From positions 1-48,987 of the forward strand of contig JANQHR010000058.1 of assembly GCA_028282585.1 (NCBI GenBank): a DNA stretch of 48,987 nucleotides, in the 5' to 3' direction. Shown one piece after another: positions 1 to 9,566 of the stretch (position 1 is the stretch's first letter; every line of letters begins with the position of its first letter). Made by a program: the position numbers and the translations under genes. The stretch comes from Bacteroidales bacterium (GTDB lineage Bacteria; Bacteroidota; Bacteroidia; Bacteroidales; UBA12077). The notes under the pieces were generated by a model. It was not told the DNA's origin and made no database searches. It saw only the letters and a program-made list of their open reading frames with translations.

Positions 1-354
1 TTTTTCATCATTCTGTTCATTAAAAATCTCGAAAGTTTTTTCATTATACCATTTAGGGATACCACCATTTATGTCATTAAACCACTCTCCTTCTTGTTCA
101 ATTTCATTGGAATTAAATCCAGTTAAAAGTGCCTTAATGATAATTCTATCATCAGGTTTCGGATCACCACCATAAAAATCATAATCACCAATATTACGAA
201 CCAAACTATCCTTACCTAAGACTAAACCAATGGCATCAATTATGGTACTCTTACCAGAGTTATTTGTACCAAGCAAAATACAATGTCGTTTTAGATTTAT
301 ATTAGCTTTTTTAATCCCCCTGAAGTTTTCTATTTTTAAATGAGCTAGATACAT
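1..354 (-). CDS. OLD-family / AAA_15 ATP-dependent endonuclease, N-terminal fragment (runs off window edge)
   Basis: Not in ORF track. Manual translation from ATG at 354: MYLAHLKIENFRGIKKANINLKRHCILLGTNNSGKSTIIDAIGLVLG...DYDFY; IENFRGI plus Walker A GxNNSGKST typical of OLD/ABC-type ATPases. Confidence 0.85.
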   Translation of the reverse strand, partial: MYLAHLKIENFRGIKKANINLKRHCILLGTNNSGKSTIIDAIGLVLGKDSLVRNIGDYDFYGGDPKPDDRIIIKALLTGFNSNEIEQEGEWFNDINGGIPKWYNEKTFEIFNEQNDEK

Positions 355-509
355 TATCTCTATAAATTAATTGTAAAATCCTTAAAACGTTAAATTAATT
401 ATTAAATGTAGCATATTTTTAGGGAAATATTAAACGATTTACAAGAAATGCAATCTTAAAAATTAAAGAAAATAATATGATTAAGTAAGTTATTTTACTA
501 ACTTCAACT

Positions 510-1265
510 ATGGTATTTTTAAAACCTGGAAATAGGATTTATCATTACTGTAAGTTATCTACAGCGTTAAATTTCATTTTACCAGAAATGAAATTATTGC
601 TAAATCAAATAATTAAAACTAATGATCCTCGCGAGAATAAAGATTTTAACTTTGCAGCAACTTACTGGTCATCAGATAATTCTTCGAAATTAAATAATAG
701 AAATAAAGAAATTAGTCAACTACTACGAGAAGATTGTAAAGTACTCTGCTTTTCTACAGATTATAAACATTTTTTTGGAAGTAACTTGTCAAGTATGTGG
801 GCTCATTATGGAGATAATCACAAAGGATTGTGTTTAGAACTTGACAGAAATGAATTTATTAAAGAGAACAAAGATAAAATTCAAAAAGGCTATTTTAAAG
901 AAATGATTTATTATGAGTTTAATCCTAAATTACCCATAAGACATAAAATGGTTGATTTTACTGCTGTTGAAGATAACAACTTAAAGAAATATATAAAAGG
1001 AGATTTCAGAAAAAAGCATCTTGATTACTTGTATTTTACTAAAAATAAAGAATGGAATAATGAACATGAAATAAGACTGATATATTTTAGTAACAATGAT
1101 GAAAATGAATATTGCTTAATCAAAAAAAGCCTAAAGAATATACACCTAGGTATTGACTTTGAAGATAAAAATCTTCCAATTATTAATACATTAGCAAACG
1201 ATAAAGATATTTACAAAATGAAGTATGGTGATGTAGGATTGATTAGTATTCCGTTAACAATTTAG
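510..1265 (+). CDS. DUF2971 family protein
   Basis: Motifs IYHY, NDPRE, LCFS, SMWAHYGDNHKGLC, TKxxEWxxEHEIR. Confidence 0.85.
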   Translation: MVFLKPGNRIYHYCKLSTALNFILPEMKLLLNQIIKTNDPRENKDFNFAATYWSSDNSSKLNNRNKEISQLLREDCKVLCFSTDYKHFFGSNLSSMWAHYGDNHKGLCLELDRNEFIKENKDKIQKGYFKEMIYYEFNPKLPIRHKMVDFTAVEDNNLKKYIKGDFRKKHLDYLYFTKNKEWNNEHEIRLIYFSNNDENEYCLIKKSLKNIHLGIDFEDKNLPIINTLANDKDIYKMKYGDVGLISIPLTI

Positions 1266-1636
1266 TTTTAATATAGTTTCGATACGTATTAACTAAATGG
1301 ATTTTCTAGTTGATTATTTATAATTTTCATTATAGCATTTATTGATAAACCCATTTCAATATACTTTTGAATCTGTTCTCTAAAAGGATCAAGTCCCCTG
1401 CCCTTTTTGTTTCCACTGCCTTTAGGTCTACCTAATATCTTCCCTTGCGATTTAGCGGCAATTAAACCTTGTTTTGTACGCATGTATATATCGTTATTTA
1501 TAGAATTTAATAGATTGCAATAATGCTCTTTGTTATTTCTTTCAAGCTGATTATTAAAATAGACCTCTTTTCCAAATTCTACAACTAAAGCAGTCATCAC
1601 TCCAATAATAACTCCAATATAGATTTCTTTTTTCAT
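1244..1636 (-). pseudogene. Chimeric ORF: hydrophobic N-terminus fused to C-terminal remnant of a serine resolvase (E-helix + HTH), frameshifted near end
   Basis: ORF 1289-1636 contains RTKQGLIAAKSQGKILGRPKGS...GLSINAIMKII; a shifted frame continues NTYRNYIKTKLLTEY* (HTH recognition helix-like); no catalytic YxRVS domain. Confidence 0.65.
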
Positions 1637-1735
1637 AATGGTTAATTAGATAAGTTATGTAAATATGATTTCAATTTTAAAATATTTAAAACTTTAATTC
1701 CATTAAGTAGATAGTAATTATACATTAAAAAACCA

Positions 1736-2695
1736 TTAATCCTTTTTATGGAATTCTCTTCTAATAACTGAAAACTGTTGATCTATTTCAGACATGAGTT
1801 TGGAAGAATGAGCAAATGAATTAAGGTCAGATTTAAGTATATTTTTCCAAGCATTAAAATCCTTCAATTCATGACTATCACTTATTTTTTTAATAGAATA
1901 TATATTGTTAGAATTAATTTGCTTTACTTTACATCTATCCTTCTCAAATATAATTTCATTGCTTATCAAATAAATAATATCAATTCGCTTTGGATCATAC
2001 TTCTTATTATAAATATTTTTAAAGTTAAAAATTGGAACAAATGCAACATAATATAAATCAGGAGTGTTTTTATTATCAATGAAAATAACTGAACAATCAT
2101 ATAAAATATATGATTTACCCATGTATTCTATTACTGCACCATTCTTAAATATTCTATTCAGTTCATCACTAATCCAATGTAATTTATTTTTCCGTTTTTC
2201 TCTTAAAGAAGTATTTTCATATAAATCATTAATTAAATCTATTGGTTGTTCAATCCATTTAAGCATAAAGGGTCCTGCAGTGCTATGAAAGTTTGGATGA
2301 GTTTGATAATTTCTAAAGTTTCTTATATGATTTAAGTATTCATTATTAGTAACTTCAAAATAGTTTTGATCCTGGAACCAATCAATAAGGTTTTTTAAAT
2401 TCCTTCGCTTTTCACCTTTTTTAGTTTTTTTAACCCAATTTTCTTCTGTTAATTCAAAGTACCTTATTTTTAAAGCCATTTCAAAAATTTGCCATGCTTT
2501 AGAAGCCGCAACATCGCAAAATTCATATTCATAATAGCTGTGAATTAATAAATTTTCTACTACTTTAAAACTTTTCTTAACATCATCTGGAACTTCATCT
2601 TTAAAATAAAATTCTGGAACAATGTTTTTATTGAAAGACTCGAAATCATCAGTTCCTCCCCATGGTTCCCATCTAGGATCTTTTGTAAATTTCAT
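1736..2695 (-). CDS. HEPN-like domain protein
   Basis: FEMALK upstream helix and Rx4H motif RNYQTH in a helical N-terminal half. Confidence 0.55.
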   Translation of the reverse strand: MKFTKDPRWEPWGGTDDFESFNKNIVPEFYFKDEVPDDVKKSFKVVENLLIHSYYEYEFCDVAASKAWQIFEMALKIRYFELTEENWVKKTKKGEKRRNLKNLIDWFQDQNYFEVTNNEYLNHIRNFRNYQTHPNFHSTAGPFMLKWIEQPIDLINDLYENTSLREKRKNKLHWISDELNRIFKNGAVIEYMGKSYILYDCSVIFIDNKNTPDLYYVAFVPIFNFKNIYNKKYDPKRIDIIYLISNEIIFEKDRCKVKQINSNNIYSIKKISDSHELKDFNAWKNILKSDLNSFAHSSKLMSEIDQQFSVIRREFHKKD

Positions 2696-2735
2696 TTGTA
2701 GTAACGTTTTTCTATTCTATTAACATTTCAATAGA

Positions 2736-5213
2736 TTAAAATTCTTTCCTGCTAAACTTAAATTTCAAAGATTTTCCACGATATTTTGTTTCCATTTCTT
2801 TAAAAAACAATTCTAATCTTTGCTCTGTAATTAAAGGAAAAGGTTTTAAATCCTTTTTATGAATTTTTGAAAACAGTCTAAAGATTGAGCTATAAAACGA
2901 ATTTGGATCCTGTTCAATGAATTTATTATTCTCCCTATAGAAAGAGTATAGTCTTACTATAACATCTTCCGGAATAAATAGAATATTGCCTTTCCATCTA
3001 AATCTAAATTTAACTTTTTTGTAGAACGTTTCATATTTACTAAAATCCATGTTTTGTGAAATAATTGCATAGGTCTTTAAATTTCCATAAAATTTAATTT
3101 TATCATTTCCCTTAAGTTTATTAATATAATGTCTATGCTTTTCAGGTTTTTCATTTAGTTGATATCCATCAGTATGATTGCTGAATTTACAATCCCAAGC
3201 CATACAATATTTACTTGGCGTTTTATATTCTCTTATTGATACAATACCATCAGGGGCTTTAATTCCAATGAAACTATCTCCTAATTTATCTCCAAGCTTA
3301 AATATTTCATGTAAAAGGTTATATATATCCTTTTCGAAATCGTTATGATCATATTCATCATATTTATCTAATATATTGGTATAAGATTCATAACCCTTTC
3401 TTAAGATTCTCTCATTCCATTTATCTTTTTGATATTTTAATATGTTTTGAAAATCATTGTTTAAATTTTCTGTTTCTGCAGATTTTATGTATAATTCCAC
3501 AAGTCCTTTACACGAAAAGTTTCTTTCTTTAAGTTGTTTATTTAACGCATTTTTATAGCGACATAGAATAACTAATAATGGATTCCCACTTTCTTCAAAA
3601 TGCGTTAATAATTTAACTGGTGGAGTATCGGAAGATACATAAACAGAAAGATTATCATGATTATCATCTAAAATTTCAATAATAGAGTGTTTCTGCTTAG
3701 CTATTTGTATATTGATGTCTGAAACATTTAATCCACTTCTTTTTAATAGATTATAAACAAATCTATGAGCGCCTTTTTTATTAATTTTAACATCAAAATA
3801 CCTCCCTTCGATGTATAAATCATTTCCACATTTAGGACAAGCGTTACTCTTATCCCAAGTCTTATTTCGACATGATTCACATACTCTTTTTGCCTCCTTT
3901 TGTAATTTTTGAAGAATCTTATTTTCGATTAATTCTAAAAGCAGTTCTTCTACATCTTGTGATATTTGATTTACAAGAATTGTTTTTTTATCTAGAATTT
4001 TGGACAATAGTCTTTGTTTATCTTGTTTAGAATTATTAGGTTTAAGCCATTGATTTAATATAACTCCAAATTTATCTTCAAATGATTTTGAAAACTTTTC
4101 CAAGTCATTGCGAGTAATATTTTTGTCTACTATGGTCAGACGATGTGTTCCCCAAATCGTTTCGTAAACATTAACTTTTATAGTAAGTCCATAAGAAGTG
4201 AATGTAAAATTTTTAAATTCTGAAAAATCATTTAGTTTAAGTGTACCCCTTCTTTTAAAGTCTGCTAAAACCGGGATAATATCATTTTTATATTGTTCAT
4301 CGGTAACTCTAATCTGCTTTGCCCAATTGCTATCTTTAAAACTTGCATCTACAATTTTAATATCTTTTGATTCGTTTTCATCAAGTACTAAATTGAAGAA
4401 TCTTACAGGATCATATGTAAATTCATTACGTTTATATGATATCCGATTTTCTAATTTCCTAGAAAAGTAATTCCTTATTTTGATTGATTCATCCTTTGAC
4501 TGAACATTAATCATTAACTCCTTAGTTTTTGGATCAAGTGAGATTAATCTATAAACTCCAGAAACAGTGCTAATGTTATTCGGAATTGCTACAGCGACTT
4601 TATCTGCTGTTTCTTTAAGAATTAAAAAATACCAAAGCTTAGTTCCTTTATAAGAAAATCTATACTTATATTCTTTCTTTTGTTTATCAATTCGTTTTAA
4701 ATAATATGTTAAGGGTTTTATGAATTTTATTATATTTTCATAATCTTCGTCACTAATATTCTCACTTAACTTATATATAAATCCCTTACCCAGCTTTTGT
4801 TTAAGTAAATATAAGAAAAGACCTTCAAGCCTTTCTTTCTTATATAGCTCAAAAACTTTGTCAATTACTTTTGATTTATCTGGATTACTTTTAGCCCAAG
4901 TTATGTTATATAACTCAGCAATACCTTTAGGATGTTTAAGAGAAAAATCATGTAAACATAATACCAAAATAGAGAGTTTTGTGTTGCTTTTTAGAACAGT
5001 CGTCAACTTAGCATCTTTGTCATAAGAATAATTAAAATGCTCAAATAAACTAGTGAGTGTCTTATAGCTAAATAATTTTAATCCCTTGATAAACTTTTCT
5101 TTGTAAATTTCATCCCACCTATCACAGTATGAGTCAATATTTACTTCAATGTTTTTCCAGAAATACCTTTCTTCTCTTGAAAATAAATCGGTTTTTAACT
5201 TTTTTGAACTCAT
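2736..5213 (-). CDS. Large protein with Zn ribbon and C-terminal FokI-like PD-(D/E)xK nuclease domain
   Basis: CESC...CPKC; FEKDIYNLL...GDKLG...APDGIV...WDCKFS...GYQL...HRHYI parallels the FokI cleavage domain (GKHLGG..KPDG..VDTKAY.GGYNL..MQRYV). Confidence 0.65.
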   Translation of the reverse strand: MSSKKLKTDLFSREERYFWKNIEVNIDSYCDRWDEIYKEKFIKGLKLFSYKTLTSLFEHFNYSYDKDAKLTTVLKSNTKLSILVLCLHDFSLKHPKGIAELYNITWAKSNPDKSKVIDKVFELYKKERLEGLFLYLLKQKLGKGFIYKLSENISDEDYENIIKFIKPLTYYLKRIDKQKKEYKYRFSYKGTKLWYFLILKETADKVAVAIPNNISTVSGVYRLISLDPKTKELMINVQSKDESIKIRNYFSRKLENRISYKRNEFTYDPVRFFNLVLDENESKDIKIVDASFKDSNWAKQIRVTDEQYKNDIIPVLADFKRRGTLKLNDFSEFKNFTFTSYGLTIKVNVYETIWGTHRLTIVDKNITRNDLEKFSKSFEDKFGVILNQWLKPNNSKQDKQRLLSKILDKKTILVNQISQDVEELLLELIENKILQKLQKEAKRVCESCRNKTWDKSNACPKCGNDLYIEGRYFDVKINKKGAHRFVYNLLKRSGLNVSDINIQIAKQKHSIIEILDDNHDNLSVYVSSDTPPVKLLTHFEESGNPLLVILCRYKNALNKQLKERNFSCKGLVELYIKSAETENLNNDFQNILKYQKDKWNERILRKGYESYTNILDKYDEYDHNDFEKDIYNLLHEIFKLGDKLGDSFIGIKAPDGIVSIREYKTPSKYCMAWDCKFSNHTDGYQLNEKPEKHRHYINKLKGNDKIKFYGNLKTYAIISQNMDFSKYETFYKKVKFRFRWKGNILFIPEDVIVRLYSFYRENNKFIEQDPNSFYSSIFRLFSKIHKKDLKPFPLITEQRLELFFKEMETKYRGKSLKFKFSRKEF

Positions 5214-5340
5214 TGTTTAATTTTTAATTAAATACATTAATCATAAATTTAATAAAATATCTTCATATTTTGTTAATTATTAATGTACTAACATAAGTTT
5301 TTAGTATTTATTTTAAACTTACACTTACAGGGGAAACTTA

Positions 5341-8300
5341 TTATTTTTTTACTTGTGAATTATAATGCTCGTATATGTTTCGCAAATAATCAAATCCTGC
5401 TTCGCCATGAAGGAGACAAATTTTATCAGCTAATTCTTTTTGATCATTTTTGTAAATAACTTCAACAAGTCCTTCTACCTTACCTTTTGAAATATCGTAT
5501 GTTATTTCATTAGAAAACAGTTCAACAAGTATATTAGCAACTCTCTCAGTATTGCTATCAATATGAATTCCTAAATATTCAATTACAAAATACTTATCAT
5601 GTTGCTCTAGATATTTTATTGAAAACAGAATCCATTCATAGATTTGATCATCTAAATTCTCTATGTTTTTTATCCATTTTAAGCAGCCAGACAGAATAAA
5701 CTTGTGCAATTCAGGATTAGATAGGTCTTTAGAAAAATCATACAGTAAATTCCACAAAGGTTTGATTTTTTCAATTTCAACTTTTCTTAACGGAGAATCA
5801 TGCCGCCAAAAGAAATGAATGATGTATGAAAAGTGTTCTTTCTTTTCTATTTTTAATATATGTTTAAAAATTTCTTCTTCAAGTTCAAAACCCTTAAGCT
5901 CAAGCACAAATGCTATGCATATATGATTAATCAAATTATCAATAACCTCTTGTCTTTCATTTTTAAAATCATGATTCAAACCTTTAATTACATGACCTTT
6001 TTCTCTTAAAAGATTTAAATGATGCTTATATGGTCTACTATTATAAAATAGATAACCACACATTGCGGCATTCCAATTTATTTCATTCTTTAAACTAAAA
6101 ATCTTATCAAAATTTTCTAAAAACCAATCTTTATTAAGATATTCAATATTTGGTAAGAATTGCCCTAACACAAAATGTAATAATTCATTATTTTCATTTG
6201 TATTTAAAGCTTTTTCAATATAATTTATTATATCTTCATCCCATTTATTATTCTGTTTGTACTTTTTCAAACTAAAATATATTAATGAAGAATAAATTTT
6301 CCCACGGTTATTATTTAAAACGGACATCGATAATTCCATCATTTCAGTTATTTCAGAAAGATCTTTATCTAACATATAAAACATCAATTGTTTTATAAGG
6401 TCAAACAATTCTGATTCATATTCAACAGTATCATTTTGAATTACTTTAGTTAAAATACCAATGCTGTAAAAGCAAATTTGCGAATTATAATGATGTTTGA
6501 TATTATCACCATTGTTGTCCCAAAAACTATCAGACTGTTGTATCTTTTGAATAATACTAAAAACATTAATTAAATTAAATTCTTTTTCGAACTTCCATCC
6601 TTCATATATTCCTCTGCACCAGCTATACTGAAAGTGTCTCTGTGCATTTATTATTTCATTATTATTTCCATTAAATCTATTTATATCATTTGAGATTACA
6701 GATGAAACCATATCTGCGAATCCATCTAGTGTTGGTCCTAGAAAATCTTCTTTTTTCTTGGATAATACGTCAAATTCACTTATTATATCTTTTAATTCCA
6801 TATTATTAACTTCATCAAAAGTATATGGTGAAATATTCCCGTATATACTTTCATACCATGAATCGAATCCTGGGTGTCTAATTGGAGTAGAATCTCTCTC
6901 TTCATATTTCTGCATTAATTCTTTAACCTCTGGATTTTCTAATGTTTCTAATGCAGTCAATATTTCTCTTTTTTGCCTTGATATAATATCTTCATAGTTT
7001 TCAATGGTTTTCGGAATCTTATAGTTTATTTGATCTATCCATTTTAATATTAAGCTAACTTCATCATCCAAGAAATCTTCGGTATGGTTTTTTATCAATT
7101 CATAGATTTCATGCTTGCAGGTTCTATTATCTAAAGGATTATCATTCCAATTAAGAAATAAGCTTTTATGTTCATAATTACAGTTTATTGCATAGATTGC
7201 TAAACGATAAAAAATGTCAAAATTTGAATTAAATAATAATTTTATAATTTCCTTCTGCTCATTGTTAGTCAAGCTGTTAATTGAATCCCTTACAAAATAA
7301 ATTAACTGACATTCATAGCTATAAGGTATAGAAGTTTGATTATGATCTTCGATAGCGGGTAAAGTGGAAACACTAAATAAACTATTGTTTAACCTTAATA
7401 ATTCTTCCATAAAGTAAACTGCCAATTTTGTTCCATCTATACCACAATTTTTCAATAATCTATCTCTATCATCATTTAGCGTGCTCTGCAACGTTCCATG
7501 TTTAAAGACTGAATTAACTGTTATTGGTTCTGAATCGTTATTTTTTTGATAAGTAAAAACTATACTTAAAGAAATTAATAATAAATCTTTCTGATTCTCA
7601 GTTATAAATTTTCTAAGAATTAGCTTGTTAAAATCTCCAGCAATTAAAAGAGTCTCCCAACTAGTATGGAAAAATTCAATTATATATTCAAAGTGTCGAT
7701 TGTCTAAATATTCACTTGGTATGTTGGAAATAATTTTTAATAATGAATAATCTGTTCTATAGTTTTCTATTCTTTTCCCTTTATCATTTCTGAAAAGTGA
7801 AATTGCATCTATTATTAATAATAGAATATTTGTAATCTTGGGGCTGGGATTATTAAAATTTTGCTGACTAACCTTCTCTAAGTAAGTTAAAACGCTCCAA
7901 AAAGGCATATAATAAAACCCTGGATTCTCCTTGGATTCTTTTGGATATGGATTTTTATCACCCGCAAAATATTCATTCTCATATAAAATTTCTAACCATT
8001 CCACTGATTTTAGATTATTAAAGAAATATGAATATCTTGAATCAAGCGTTAATAAATTTGGTAAAGATTTTATTAATGAACTCGAAGGTGCATTATTATT
8101 AATAATTATATCTAATCTATCTGCAATAGAATAATAATTTCCAATTAATCCTTCTAGAATATCTAAAAAATCCTCCCATAAACTATTAAATTCATCAATA
8201 TCTCTAGGTGATTTCCACACACCATGTCTATGTGCAAATGAATGGAATTGTTTTGCAGTCTTATGCCATTTTTTTGAAAAAGCAGTGTCTTCTTTAATTC

Positions 8301-8562
8301 CAAGTGCTCTCTTTATAGATTCGCTATGAGTTACTTGAGTAATACGTCTGCCACATTCATTGCAAGGTTGACTATCTTCATTATTTACAGGTGATAAAAT
8401 TTCTCTTAAACCTGATTCAATTTCTCTTGAAAGATGTCCTAATAAATAAGGTTTTGTAGTTAGATCTTGATTAAATATTTGAAGTGCATCATTAAAAAAT
8501 GCTGCAATTTCCTTACCAATTACCTTTAATCCATTGTATATGGCTAACTCTCTTGCATCCAT
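5341..8562 (-). CDS. Large alpha-helical protein with possible HEPN-like N-terminal domain (putative defence protein)
   Basis: 1073-aa ORF; N-terminal GHLSREIESGLRE...FHSFAH, CNEC; remainder helical-repeat-like; no Walker A seen. Confidence 0.5.
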   Translation of the reverse strand: MDARELAIYNGLKVIGKEIAAFFNDALQIFNQDLTTKPYLLGHLSREIESGLREILSPVNNEDSQPCNECGRRITQVTHSESIKRALGIKEDTAFSKKWHKTAKQFHSFAHRHGVWKSPRDIDEFNSLWEDFLDILEGLIGNYYSIADRLDIIINNNAPSSSLIKSLPNLLTLDSRYSYFFNNLKSVEWLEILYENEYFAGDKNPYPKESKENPGFYYMPFWSVLTYLEKVSQQNFNNPSPKITNILLLIIDAISLFRNDKGKRIENYRTDYSLLKIISNIPSEYLDNRHFEYIIEFFHTSWETLLIAGDFNKLILRKFITENQKDLLLISLSIVFTYQKNNDSEPITVNSVFKHGTLQSTLNDDRDRLLKNCGIDGTKLAVYFMEELLRLNNSLFSVSTLPAIEDHNQTSIPYSYECQLIYFVRDSINSLTNNEQKEIIKLLFNSNFDIFYRLAIYAINCNYEHKSLFLNWNDNPLDNRTCKHEIYELIKNHTEDFLDDEVSLILKWIDQINYKIPKTIENYEDIISRQKREILTALETLENPEVKELMQKYEERDSTPIRHPGFDSWYESIYGNISPYTFDEVNNMELKDIISEFDVLSKKKEDFLGPTLDGFADMVSSVISNDINRFNGNNNEIINAQRHFQYSWCRGIYEGWKFEKEFNLINVFSIIQKIQQSDSFWDNNGDNIKHHYNSQICFYSIGILTKVIQNDTVEYESELFDLIKQLMFYMLDKDLSEITEMMELSMSVLNNNRGKIYSSLIYFSLKKYKQNNKWDEDIINYIEKALNTNENNELLHFVLGQFLPNIEYLNKDWFLENFDKIFSLKNEINWNAAMCGYLFYNSRPYKHHLNLLREKGHVIKGLNHDFKNERQEVIDNLINHICIAFVLELKGFELEEEIFKHILKIEKKEHFSYIIHFFWRHDSPLRKVEIEKIKPLWNLLYDFSKDLSNPELHKFILSGCLKWIKNIENLDDQIYEWILFSIKYLEQHDKYFVIEYLGIHIDSNTERVANILVELFSNEITYDISKGKVEGLVEVIYKNDQKELADKICLLHGEAGFDYLRNIYEHYNSQVKK

Positions 8563-8630
8563 AAACTATACGATCTGATAAAGTTATAGACATTGAAATT
8601 AAACAAAAAGTAGATAAAATGAACAAAAAG

Positions 8631-8891
8631 GAGTAGATAAATTAGCTTTATAAATTTATAAAAGAAGTAGATAAAGGTCCAGTATATGTGATTATTGAAT
8701 TGTAAAACTGTAGTTTAATAATGATATTAAATTGGACAATTCTTCTTGTGCTACTATATATCTTCAATATCAAATTGGACAATTTAACATATCTCTAGAA
8801 ATTAAGAAAAATTGTTGCAACAAAGAACTAATATAAGGAAGCTAGATTTTATGTTTTTTTCATGTTTGGATAAACTAACTTATCTTCCACA
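8631..8891 (-). mobile_element. Transposon-like end, copy 1 (Tn7-like architecture)
   Basis: Minus strand begins TGTGGAAGATAAGTTAGTTTATCCAA; related 20-mers at 8866-8885, 8775-8794 (16/20 identical), 8732-8751; colinear with 16151-16410. Confidence 0.7.
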
Positions 8892-8969
8892 AATGTCAAT
8901 CAAATTTCAAATACTCAATTCTCAGAGAGTTATTGTATTAATAAAAATGATTCTTTAAAATTATTTAAA

Positions 8970-9566
8970 CTATTCTTGTTTTATAAAATTAATTCTTTGG
9001 TCATTCAATTTAGGATTAAGGTTAGTCTTTTTACTATTAAAAGCATAATAAACCGTTGCAAGTAATATTTTTATATTAAACTTTAAGGACTTTTTTCTTA
9101 CATAAAAATTATCAAATCTAATTTGTAAGTGCTTATCTAGTTGACCTTTTTTTAATAGCCAGATTTGTGCTAAACATGTATTCCCAGGTAAAACAGAGCA
9201 TCTTTTATCATAGTTTAAATCTTTTAGTAATTTCATTGGTAAAGCTCTAGGTCCAACAAAACTCATTTTGCCTATTAAAATTAAGAAAAGTTCCGGAAGC
9301 TCATCTAAATGGAACTTTCGAATAAATCTTCCGAATCTATTAATGCGATCTTGTTCGAAGAATACTCTTCCTAGTTCAGTACCAGATTTCATTGATTTAA
9401 ACTTGAAATGAGTGTATTCCTTTTTACCCTTTCCTACTCTTTTTGAGATATAAAATGGTGGGAATTCAATTAATACAGAACAAAGAATTAATAGAAATAG
9501 CATTATCGGTAGTAATACTATTATCAATATAAGAGAAAGCAATATGTCAAATATTCTAATTGCCAT
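8970..9566 (-). CDS. Monotopic phosphoglycosyl transferase (bacterial sugar transferase, PglC/WbaP family)
   Basis: RIFDILLS, KFKSM, GRFIRKFHLDELPEL..GKMSFVGPR, PGNTCLAQ; start better placed at ATG 9566 overlapping the MurD-like stop. Confidence 0.9.
   Translation of the reverse strand: MAIRIFDILLSLILIIVLLPIMLFLLILCSVLIEFPPFYISKRVGKGKKEYTHFKFKSMKSGTELGRVFFEQDRINRFGRFIRKFHLDELPELFLILIGKMSFVGPRALPMKLLKDLNYDKRCSVLPGNTCLAQIWLLKKGQLDKHLQIRFDNFYVRKKSLKFNIKILLATVYYAFNSKKTNLNPKLNDQRINFIKQE

Noticed and set aside
1648-1715. AGATAAGTTA (inverted core of terminal repeat) and AGTAGAT as a possible opposite transposon end
   Set aside because: No TGT terminus or repeated sites; short AT-rich matches are expected by chance
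8601-8891. CRISPR array
   Set aside because: Repeats are short, degenerate and irregularly spaced; no cas genes
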